DNA of 64,000 nucleotides from assembly GCA_963774455.1 (NCBI GenBank), contig CAVZFD010000005.1:865055-929054 (forward strand), written 5' to 3'. This DNA comes from an uncultured Ignavibacteria bacterium (GTDB lineage: Bacteria > Bacteroidota > Ignavibacteria > Ignavibacteriales > Ignavibacteriaceae). The notes beneath the pieces are model-generated. The model worked only from the letters and a program-made list of their open reading frames with translations, ran no database searches and was not told the origin of the DNA. Positions within the stretch are counted from its first letter, which is position 1, and each line of letters opens with the position of its first letter. Both the position numbers and the translations under genes were made by a program. Of the stretch, positions 46,873-55,521 are shown in pieces.

Positions 46873-48063
46873 CTAACAGCCGCCGAGAACCCGCTTTGTT
46901 TTCTTTACAGGGACAATATTCGCTTTATTTTTTTCGATCAGAACCGGGATTACCTTGACGGCCTCTTTCCGGAAACGATTAGTATCGGCTTCATGCCGGG
47001 TATTTATCTCAGATGGTTCTTTATAATTTATAATCTGATCTTTAAATTCATTCAACCCACCCTTAAGATAGCTTATATTCTGGAATCCCAGCCTGTCGGC
47101 AATTATAGCTGCCTTTTTCGAAGAAAGCTCATCATCTCCCATGAAAACATATTTTGTATGTTTTACAGATAACAGAGTTTTAGCATCCTTCAAAAAGAAG
47201 TTCTTCACAGTCATTGCTTGAGAGAAGGGAAGACTAAACTTTTTATATTCTTCCAGCGATCTGACGTCAATTATTTTGAATGAATTATCATTATTCATTA
47301 TACGGAAAGCAAGCTCATCTGACGTCATTTGTTTGATGTTATAATCTTTAACATAATTCAAATTCTCAACATCTTTAAGATAAGATTCCCTGATTTCCGG
47401 CATCATAAATGCGGAAAGGCCGATTACAAAAGCAAGTCCTGTAAGTCCTACATATAGTCTGGCCGGCCTGAATTCAGGATTAGGTTTCCCATTAACCTTA
47501 TTTTCAACCAGGGTTGTGAGCCAGAAAGCTCCGACAGCGGTTAAGGTAAGGAGAAAAGCAAACAAGGCCTGGGACATTCCTACAGTTTCAAATAACCTAA
47601 CATAACCCCAGGGGGCGGCCTTGTATAGACCTTCGAAAATAGGATATCCCTCTGCAAAAATAAGTACCCCGATGAAGGATCCAGCTACAAATATCATTGC
47701 ATCTATTTTTCCTATAGCAGCTGCAGTAATGCTGGTACCGGGACAAAATCCCCCGATCACGAAACCAAGTCCCATAATAGCTCCGCCAGCCAGAGCTGAC
47801 CACAAGAACGTAGGATTTATATAGATCAGGCTAAGATCAAGTAATCCGAAATGACCTAACATAATAACGCCCAGCATAGCAGTAATGCCCGCCGTGAAAA
47901 ATACTCTTAGCACAGTAAAATCATAACCGTAGAATAATCCGACCAATTTTTTAGACGTTGAAAAGCCTGCTTGTTCGAGTATGAAGCCGAAGGCTATACC
48001 GATGAAAATAGCTACAATAAAATTCAATTCATTGCCGATAATATCCGGTACTAATGGTCCCAA
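46873..48063 (-). CDS. half-size YeeE/YedE sulfur-transport membrane domain fused to a rhodanese-homology domain lacking the catalytic Cys
   Basis: N-terminal about 190 aa contain FVIGGFCPGTS (YeeE/YedE signature). An extra TM helix follows, then a rhodanese-like FKIIDVRSLEEY...KYVFMGDDELSSKKAAIIADRLGFQNISYLKGGLNEF in which M/G occupy the usual Cys position. The protein ends in GGC. Confidence 0.8.
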   Translation of the reverse strand: MGPLVPDIIGNELNFIVAIFIGIAFGFILEQAGFSTSKKLVGLFYGYDFTVLRVFFTAGITAMLGVIMLGHFGLLDLSLIYINPTFLWSALAGGAIMGLGFVIGGFCPGTSITAAAIGKIDAMIFVAGSFIGVLIFAEGYPIFEGLYKAAPWGYVRLFETVGMSQALFAFLLTLTAVGAFWLTTLVENKVNGKPNPEFRPARLYVGLTGLAFVIGLSAFMMPEIRESYLKDVENLNYVKDYNIKQMTSDELAFRIMNNDNSFKIIDVRSLEEYKKFSLPFSQAMTVKNFFLKDAKTLLSVKHTKYVFMGDDELSSKKAAIIADRLGFQNISYLKGGLNEFKDQIINYKEPSEINTRHEADTNRFRKEAVKVIPVLIEKNKANIVPVKKTKRVLGGC

Positions 48064-48189
48064 TTTAATTTCCTTTCAATATTTAACAATTGTCATTCCG
48101 ATTTATTCCGGAATCTTATATTTATATTTTGAAATAAGAACCTGAAAAAATTCCAGGTTGACAAAAACAAACTTTCAGACAGCCGCCTG

Positions 48190-48720
48190 TTATATCCAAA
48201 GCTTTCTGAAGAAATAAGCGAACATATAAGCGCCTCCGAAAATAGCTATCATTGTAAAAATGCCGCCTGTTGAGAGTACTGCCATTCCGCTTAATGCTGC
48301 TCCGCTTGTACATCCTCTTCCAAGCTGCGCACCTAAACCGAAGAGTAATCCTCCTATCAGTGCTCCAACAACCCTGGTTCCCGATTTTATTTTTGGAGAA
48401 TGCTCAAGTGTAAATTTCAGTCTGTTCGATATTAGTCCCGATACAAAAGCCCCAAGGATAACGCCCAGAACTTCAAACACCAGCCAGTTTTTAAGCGGCA
48501 TATTCTGATGTTCATCCAGGTACTCCCGGTAAAACTTTGTATCTGCGGTATGCTGAGGGGCTACTGTCTGGACAGCGGCCACCACGGCGCTTTTAACCGA
48601 TCCGCTGGCTCCAAGCCCCCTACCGGTTATATATATTGTAGTTAATAAAATCAGCCCCAGGAAAAATCCTGCAAGATAAGGGTTCATAAATTTTTTAGGT
48701 TCCATTGTTTCCTCATTCAC
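48190..48720 (-). CDS. half-size YeeE/YedE family sulfur-transport membrane protein
   Basis: 176 aa with four hydrophobic segments and the signatures TGRGLGASG and GRGCTSGAALSG. Confidence 0.8.
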   Translation of the reverse strand: MNEETMEPKKFMNPYLAGFFLGLILLTTIYITGRGLGASGSVKSAVVAAVQTVAPQHTADTKFYREYLDEHQNMPLKNWLVFEVLGVILGAFVSGLISNRLKFTLEHSPKIKSGTRVVGALIGGLLFGLGAQLGRGCTSGAALSGMAVLSTGGIFTMIAIFGGAYMFAYFFRKLWI

Positions 48721-49399
48721 TTAAGGTTAATTCTTTTTCCGGTTCATCTTTCTTCATTTCTGACTGTGCGTCCTCATGATCTGTTTCTATTGCCTCGTAT
48801 CCTGTTATCATAGCTTTCAGGTTGGATGTTAATGTTGTACCGGTGGTAATCAGGTAAATATGTATTATAATAAACGAGACCAGCAGAAAAGCTCCTGCAG
48901 TATGCAGTAGGGCGATCCCTTCAATGGAATGTATATTTAAAGGCTCCACGGAATTTCCCTGGGGATATCTGTAGAACATGTAAAGAAGTCCGGATATGAC
49001 CATAACCGGTATCACCAGAGCCTTTAGACCAAGGTACACCAGCCGTTGAAGGGGATTCAATTTGCTCAACACGGTTTTTTTAGTAGGGTGGGGAGCATCC
49101 TTAAATATTCCAAAAAGATAGAAACTTAGTTGGGCTTTCAGATTATTAAGAGTGGGGAGGTACTGTCTCCATTCACCCGTAGTAAAATGCCAGAAGATAG
49201 CGAACACTATTAAAATCATAAAAGCGTAAGCTGCTATATTGTGATAGGCCACGGCATTCTGATATCCGAAAAAGCTTATTGTACCGTGGATCTCGAATCC
49301 TGTCAGCGCAAGAAATAAAATAAGGAAAGACTGCGTCCAGTGCCAGAATCTTTCAAAGGATTTATATATATAAATTTGTGTTACCATCATTGACCTCAC
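48713..49399 (-). CDS. membrane cytochrome b (Ni/Fe-hydrogenase / formate dehydrogenase gamma / PhsC-like b-type subunit)
   Basis: ERFWHWTQ, four to five TM helices, and conserved His residues (HGT, HNIAAY, HTAGAF, HIY). It overlaps both neighbouring genes. Confidence 0.8.
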   Translation of the reverse strand: MRSMMVTQIYIYKSFERFWHWTQSFLILFLALTGFEIHGTISFFGYQNAVAYHNIAAYAFMILIVFAIFWHFTTGEWRQYLPTLNNLKAQLSFYLFGIFKDAPHPTKKTVLSKLNPLQRLVYLGLKALVIPVMVISGLLYMFYRYPQGNSVEPLNIHSIEGIALLHTAGAFLLVSFIIIHIYLITTGTTLTSNLKAMITGYEAIETDHEDAQSEMKKDEPEKELTLSE

Positions 49400-50961
49400 A
49401 TCCTCGATTTTCTTGATGATACAATTCTGAGTGCCCCATGAGCAAGGATACCTATAAGCGTAAGAAGGATAATCAGCGTTCCGCCTGTTTCGATAATAGA
49501 TGAATAATCCCTTGCCGGCATATAGAAATCTTTCAGAGCCGCGAGTCTGCTGTTATCCCTGGAATGGCATTCGGTGCATTGTACTGCATGTTCCTTATCA
49601 GAGACCATATGATTAATCGGCCAGTACATCTCGGTATTTATGAAAGATACCTTTCCGCTGAAGGGAACATTTATTTCCTTCATCCCAACTTCTGAAGCTC
49701 TTCTCCAGTTGAAATCCTGCCAGAAAGCTCCCTCACCTTTTTTATCGGCAAAAAGTTTGGGCTGGATGAGGTCTTGCAAAACAGGATCAAACGGTTGTCT
49801 TGACCGGTGTATTTTTACAGGAATTATTTTAGAATCGGCGTCGTTATATGAACCAAAAAGTTTATTCATTTGAAGGGTTTTTGTTGTATCCGCGATTTTA
49901 TCTCCTATCAGGTAATGATCGGCAGTACCATTAAACCATACATATTCTGGTTTAAGGTTCTTTCCCCAGGTAAAACTTCCTTTAATAGATAAATAAGTAT
50001 GGTTGCCGTCTGCATCATCTATTTCAAACGGTTTACCGTCTTTAAGCTTCCCGGCGGTTGACCAGTCCCAGAAAGTTTTTGTAGCATTCACTTTCGCATA
50101 AACCGGAATATGGCAGGTCTGGCAAGCTACTTTGATAGTGTGCTCATTTAATATTTCAGCAGTATGCGGACTGGATGTATGGCATTCTTCGCAGGTGGCC
50201 CGGTTCCGGTTCATCGAAGACAAGGAGTACATTTTCCCTGAAATGTTATGATTTTTTGTTAAATGACAATCAACACATTGTAGATTATCTCCCTCGACGG
50301 CCATATGAACATCTACATCTGCGGACGGTTGAAACATTGCTGATTCGAGATCCCCATGTTTTACATTATTTCCGCCGCCCCCAAAGAAATGACAGACGCC
50401 GCAGTTGGAACGTGTAGGTTTGCCAACATGCTGAGAGATATTGTTAAGGTTTAATGCGGGATCGGGTAGACCAGCTTCCTCATCTGCCTTAATGTATGAT
50501 TCGGTCTGATCGTGACAAACAAGGCAATCAATATTTTTGGGATCTGTAAAGCTGAACATCGCACTCGTCATTCCATAACCGATATGACATTTGGCGCAGC
50601 TCTGCTCATTCCCTTCAACCCCGATACAGAAATTGTTTATGGCATTCTTTTTACCGAGGTAAACAATACCGCGCCCTTCAATATATTCAGCACTTTCCCA
50701 GTTCCAGTGATTTGATTTCATAACTTCAGAATCGCGCCCATTGTGGCATGAAATACATGCCTCTGTAACTTCCTGTGGAGAATTGAATTTCTTTTTAAGT
50801 TCAGCAAACTGAGAATGGTCCACAGAAGATGAATCTTTATGTGAATATTTCTCCTTAAGAACAGTTAAACCGGTTGGTTCCTGGCTCTTATCCTGCAGAA
50901 TTGATATTGCCGAAATCAGAACCAGTCCCGTCATTACAAGAGTCAGAACTATTTTTTTCAT
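49396..50961 (-). CDS. octahaem c-type cytochrome, tetrathionate reductase (Otr) family, with a C-terminal TM helix
   Basis: Eight CxxCH motifs: CISCH, CAKCH, CLVCH, CGVCH, CVDCH, CEECH, CQTCH and CTECH. CHFFGGGGNNVKHGDL and WDWSTAG are as I recall for Otr-type enzymes. It has an N-terminal signal/anchor and the C-terminal hydrophobic stretch TLIILLTLIGILAHGAL. Confidence 0.85.
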   Translation of the reverse strand: MKKIVLTLVMTGLVLISAISILQDKSQEPTGLTVLKEKYSHKDSSSVDHSQFAELKKKFNSPQEVTEACISCHNGRDSEVMKSNHWNWESAEYIEGRGIVYLGKKNAINNFCIGVEGNEQSCAKCHIGYGMTSAMFSFTDPKNIDCLVCHDQTESYIKADEEAGLPDPALNLNNISQHVGKPTRSNCGVCHFFGGGGNNVKHGDLESAMFQPSADVDVHMAVEGDNLQCVDCHLTKNHNISGKMYSLSSMNRNRATCEECHTSSPHTAEILNEHTIKVACQTCHIPVYAKVNATKTFWDWSTAGKLKDGKPFEIDDADGNHTYLSIKGSFTWGKNLKPEYVWFNGTADHYLIGDKIADTTKTLQMNKLFGSYNDADSKIIPVKIHRSRQPFDPVLQDLIQPKLFADKKGEGAFWQDFNWRRASEVGMKEINVPFSGKVSFINTEMYWPINHMVSDKEHAVQCTECHSRDNSRLAALKDFYMPARDYSSIIETGGTLIILLTLIGILAHGALRIVSSRKSRM

Positions 50962-50982
50962 ATGGATATAGATTTTACCTTA

Positions 50983-51432
50983 CTATTTATCCTGGATAGT
51001 TAATTTGACCAGGTTTTCTTTTATTTTCTTACAATCCGAAAAATTTTTATATACTATGCAATCCCTGCAGTCAGAAGAGCAGATATTATCCTTGTGATTG
51101 TAAGACCAGCAGGGGTTAGAGTGATTTACGAATGCGGGGCAGGAATTTCTTTCCAGTTCGCTGCATTTCTTAATATCCCAGCAAGGAATTAGGGAGTAGA
51201 TCGTCTTAATTCCCTCAATGCTTATTTTCTTATTATTTATTGATTCCCTGATGCAGCGGAGTCTTTCAATATCAACGTTCGAATAGAGTCTGTGACCTGT
51301 ATCTTTCCGGTGGGGCAGAATTAAGCCTTCCCTCTCATACAATCGTAAAGTTTGGACGGACACATTGAGTAACCTTGCTGCTGTGCTAATAGAAAAAAGC
51401 GGTTCCTCGCTCATATAATCATCATCTGCCAT
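50983..51432 (-). CDS. MerR-family transcriptional regulator with a cysteine-rich (two C-W motif) C-terminal domain
   Basis: HTH FSISTAARLLNVSVQTLRLYEREGLI. The C-terminus CWDIKKCSELERNSCPAFVNHSNPCWSYNHKDNICSSDCRDCIVYKNFSDC contains nine Cys. It lies 21 nt upstream of the cytochrome gene on the same strand. Confidence 0.85.
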   Translation of the reverse strand: MADDDYMSEEPLFSISTAARLLNVSVQTLRLYEREGLILPHRKDTGHRLYSNVDIERLRCIRESINNKKISIEGIKTIYSLIPCWDIKKCSELERNSCPAFVNHSNPCWSYNHKDNICSSDCRDCIVYKNFSDCKKIKENLVKLTIQDK

Positions 51433-51887
51433 CTAATCTTCCAGACAATATTTGATAATTATAATTAGCAACTTTATTGCCAATCAAAAATATAGCCTGG
51501 ATGTATAATATTTAATCACTTTTAAGCACTAAATTTTCAGAGGAAAGAAAAAACAGTCAATATTTTTCCTTGGTATGAGAAAAAGATGATAATGGCAATT
51601 ATTTTAGTTATTAATAAAAGGGTTAACCGGGGGTCTTCATTGCAGTAATCTTCCTGCTTCTTGCGGGAACAGAAATTACATAGCAGCTAAATTTATGATA
51701 CTTAAAAGTTACACGTATATGAATCCAGGTTCCACGGTGAAAAAAGAACTTTTCAAGGAACAAAGTTGTCAGGCGTAATTATATCTAATCTAAATAAAAA
51801 TGTATCTTTCTAGATATGTTTTATGAAAAACATTTTTATTTTAAGTTAGTTTAAATATTTATTTACTTTCCTTATGTGGAGACTACT

Positions 51888-54179
51888 ATGAAAAGATGTT
51901 TACTGATTGTTTTATTTATTTTTTCCTTGTTTCAGGGGATTCAGTATGCACAAGGTACCTTTGAAAAAGGTTCCGAATACTGCAGCCAGAAAAAAATAAA
52001 TTCAACGCTTAATTCCGGTCCGGTTGAAATAACAGCAGATATAAGACATTCATACAATGTTTTGAATTATGAACTCAACCTGGATCTGTATAGCTGTTTT
52101 GTGAGTCCTTACCCGAAATCATTCAAGGGATTTGAAATAATGACATTCCAGGTTGACTCAACCCTGAATTACATAAAGATGAATGCCGTGAACTCATCAC
52201 TCACCATTGATTCTGTATCTATGGCGGGTGTTTCTTACACTCATTCCGGGGATATACTTACTGTAAACCTTGACCGAACCTACAATCCCGGAGAAACCGC
52301 AGAAGTCAAGATTTATTACAGGCATAATAATGTAAGTGACGGAGCCCTGTACGTAAGCGGCGGATTTTTATTTACCGACTGTGAACCAGAGGGAGCCAGG
52401 AAGTGGTTTCCAGGATGGGATAAACCATCTGATAAAGCAACTTCGGATCTTACCGTTAAAGTACCAGCTTCGGTAAAACTGGGGTCGAACGGAATATTGG
52501 CTGATTCGGTAATGAATGGCGATACACTATATTACCATTGGGTCAGTTCGGATCCTGTTGCCACCTACCTGATGGTAATGACTGGTAAAGTTAATTATAA
52601 TCTTGACATTGTTTACTGGCCTAAGATATCCAATCCGAACGACAGTATTCCTATCAGGTTTTACTGGAACTCCGGTGAGAATCAGAATAATCTTCACCTG
52701 ATGGAAACAAAAATTATCGATATGACTACTACTTATTCGGTATTATTCGGTGAGCATCCATTTGACAAGAATGGGTTTGCAACCCTCAACAACCAGTTCG
52801 TTTGGGGAGGTATGGAAAACCAGACACTTACAAGTCTTTGCCCTAACTGCTGGTCTGAAAGCCTTATAGCCCACGAATTTGCCCACCAATGGTTCGGCGA
52901 TATGATTACCTGTGCTACCTGGGCTGACATCTGGCTGAATGAAGGTTTTGCCACATATATTGAAGCTTTATGGACTGAGCATACATCTGGATATGCTGCT
53001 TACAAGAGTGAGATAAATTCGGATGCAAGTGTATACCTGGGCGGAAACCCCGGGTGGCCAATCTCAGATCCTGACTGGGCAATTAATACGCCGCCTGTCG
53101 GAGTACTGTTTGATTATTCAATTACCTACATGAAAGGCGCCTGTGTTCATCATATGCTTAGGTATGTAATGGGAGATGACGATTATTTTAATGGACTTTA
53201 TAACTATGCCAATGATCCGCAGCTCAAATACCACAGCGCTGTTATACCTGATTTCAAGGAGCATATGAGTCAGGCTTACGGCCAGGATCTTTCGTGGTTC
53301 TTTGATGAATGGATATATCAGCCCAATCACCCGGCCTATGCCAACCAATACTGGATAGACAATCAGGGATCGGGACAATGGCAGGTAGGCTTCGTGGCAA
53401 ACCAGACGCAGTCGAATACGCCTTTTCACCAGATGCCTATTGAAATAAAAGTACACTTCAATACAGGTTCGGATACCACGATGAGGGTAATGAACGATTC
53501 GAATAACCAGATATTTACTTTTAATTTTAATCGTCAGCCTCTCACCGTTTATTTTGATCCTGATAATAATATAGTTCTTAAAACTGCTACTTTAACACAG
53601 ATACCTCCACTGCCTGTTGAACTGACCAGTTTCACTGCCTCGACGAGGAGAGGTTTTGTTATCCTAAGCTGGACGACAGCTACGGAAAAGAACAATAAAG
53701 GCTTCGAGATTCAGAAAAGAAATGTTACCAAAAATGAAACCTGGGAGAAGATCAGTTTCGTTGAAGGAAATGGAACATCTACGTCACCAAATAATTATTC
53801 CTACACTGATCATATCTCAGGGTACGGAGATTTCAGCTACAGGCTGAAACAAATAGATTTTGACGGCACATACGAATACAGCAGTGAAATTTTTACTAAG
53901 GGGGGAACAAAACCTGATGAATATAGTCTGAGTCAGAATTATCCCAACCCTTTTAACCCGACTACAATAATTAGTTTCGAACTGCCCGAAGCGGCAAAAG
54001 TAAAGTTGGTGGTTTACAATCTTCTGGGACAGGCAGTTATGACACTGGCCGACGGAAATTATGAAGCTGGCTCATATAAAAAGAACTTCGACGGTACAGA
54101 TTTAAGCAGCGGTGTGTATATTTACGAATTGAAAGCAAATGATGTTGTACTTAAACACAAAATGGTTTTGATGAAATAA
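51888..54179 (+). CDS. M1-family zinc aminopeptidase carrying the FN3-like PVELTSF module and a T9SS sorting domain
   Basis: GGMENQ (GAMEN-like exopeptidase motif) and HEFAHQWFGD followed by NEGFATY (HExxH-x18-E). The C-terminal NYPNPFNPTTIISFEL...SGVYIYELK is the T9SS tail. I prefer the ATG at 51888 (GGAG upstream). Confidence 0.88.
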   Translation: MKRCLLIVLFIFSLFQGIQYAQGTFEKGSEYCSQKKINSTLNSGPVEITADIRHSYNVLNYELNLDLYSCFVSPYPKSFKGFEIMTFQVDSTLNYIKMNAVNSSLTIDSVSMAGVSYTHSGDILTVNLDRTYNPGETAEVKIYYRHNNVSDGALYVSGGFLFTDCEPEGARKWFPGWDKPSDKATSDLTVKVPASVKLGSNGILADSVMNGDTLYYHWVSSDPVATYLMVMTGKVNYNLDIVYWPKISNPNDSIPIRFYWNSGENQNNLHLMETKIIDMTTTYSVLFGEHPFDKNGFATLNNQFVWGGMENQTLTSLCPNCWSESLIAHEFAHQWFGDMITCATWADIWLNEGFATYIEALWTEHTSGYAAYKSEINSDASVYLGGNPGWPISDPDWAINTPPVGVLFDYSITYMKGACVHHMLRYVMGDDDYFNGLYNYANDPQLKYHSAVIPDFKEHMSQAYGQDLSWFFDEWIYQPNHPAYANQYWIDNQGSGQWQVGFVANQTQSNTPFHQMPIEIKVHFNTGSDTTMRVMNDSNNQIFTFNFNRQPLTVYFDPDNNIVLKTATLTQIPPLPVELTSFTASTRRGFVILSWTTATEKNNKGFEIQKRNVTKNETWEKISFVEGNGTSTSPNNYSYTDHISGYGDFSYRLKQIDFDGTYEYSSEIFTKGGTKPDEYSLSQNYPNPFNPTTIISFELPEAAKVKLVVYNLLGQAVMTLADGNYEAGSYKKNFDGTDLSSGVYIYELKANDVVLKHKMVLMK

Positions 54180-54252
54180 AAAAAAGGGGGGGATAAATGC
54201 GCTCACAGGAGTAGGGACAGGGAGAGAGATTTCCCTATCCCTTTCCTGGGTT

Positions 54253-55521
54253 TTAATATTTATACCTAAGCCATTTTGCAACTTCAGTCCACTTCGGTTT
54301 CTTCCCGCTCATCAGAATTCCTACCCTATAAATTTTTCCGGCCAGCGGAAACAACAGCAGCATTGTTCCAACGTTTACAAGGAAGGAAACGATGAATTGC
54401 CATACAGGTATTTCAGATAGCACCATCCTTGCAGGCATAACTATGATTGAAGCAAAAGGAAGCATAGAGGCAACTCTAGCAATATTGTTTTCTGAATTTT
54501 CAAGCATAGCTATCGCTATAAAAAAGGGAATCATTATCAGCATCAGTATAGGCCACATGCCCGACTGAGTATCCTGTTCGTTGTCGAAGATTGCACCTAC
54601 AGCTGTGAAAAGTCCCATAAAGGTTATCAGACCGATAAAATAATTCAGCAGAAAATAGCCAACCTGCATCATATTAAGCTTCAATGTAAAATCTGCAGGA
54701 ATTGTAAACCATGCAGTAGTTATAAGAAGAATTATAGGCAGAATCCAGATTGCCATCTGAATTAAACCGGTGATGCTAGTGCCTAAAATTTTTCCTGCCA
54801 TTAGTTCTTTGCTGTTTGCAGAAGAAAGCAGAATTTCAACGATCCGGTTCGATTTTTCAGCTACAACTGACCTCATCATCATCTGACCTATAAAAATCAG
54901 ACTGAAATAGAGAAGAAAAGTGAAAAGAAATGCAACTATAATCGTTCCGGCTCCTTCTTCTTCGACTGCTTTATCGCTACTTATCCTGAAGTTATTGAAA
55001 TCGACATTCTCTCTTGCATAAGAAATATCCTTCTCGGAAATTTCCTTTCCCTGGAAGTACCGGGTTACAAGCACATTATTGATAGTCGGTCTCACCTTAT
55101 CAAACAATGTTTTATTAGTAGGATTTTTCGAAAAGTATTCAACCTTTTTGGAGGCTACGGCCGAATCGGGAATAAAAATTAATCCTGTAAGTTTTTCAGA
55201 CAACAAATCAGCTTTTGTTGAGTTGATGTAATTATCGAGTTCACTTTTTTTTAGGGTTTCGAACCGGACAGAGTAATAACCGCTTTTAACAAACGGAAGT
55301 GCACGAAATTCCTTTTCCATCTCACTTGTCAGGGCAGGGGATTCAGTTACTAAGATGAGACTGGTATTGCTGTCACCCTCATATGAGTAAAGAAATGTCT
55401 GGAAGCCGAGAATTCCTATCATAAAAAGAGGAAGCAGAACAGTCATGATTATGAACGTCTTTGAAAATAATTTTTCTCTCAGTTCCCGCTTCAAAATTGC
55501 GAGGGTTCTTCGATTAAACAT
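54253..55521 (-). CDS. ABC-2 type exporter permease (NatB-like)
   Basis: An N-terminal TM helix, a large extracytoplasmic loop, then five C-terminal TM helices. It overlaps the ATPase gene stop. Confidence 0.8.
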   Translation of the reverse strand: MFNRRTLAILKRELREKLFSKTFIIMTVLLPLFMIGILGFQTFLYSYEGDSNTSLILVTESPALTSEMEKEFRALPFVKSGYYSVRFETLKKSELDNYINSTKADLLSEKLTGLIFIPDSAVASKKVEYFSKNPTNKTLFDKVRPTINNVLVTRYFQGKEISEKDISYARENVDFNNFRISSDKAVEEEGAGTIIVAFLFTFLLYFSLIFIGQMMMRSVVAEKSNRIVEILLSSANSKELMAGKILGTSITGLIQMAIWILPIILLITTAWFTIPADFTLKLNMMQVGYFLLNYFIGLITFMGLFTAVGAIFDNEQDTQSGMWPILMLIMIPFFIAIAMLENSENNIARVASMLPFASIIVMPARMVLSEIPVWQFIVSFLVNVGTMLLLFPLAGKIYRVGILMSGKKPKWTEVAKWLRYKY

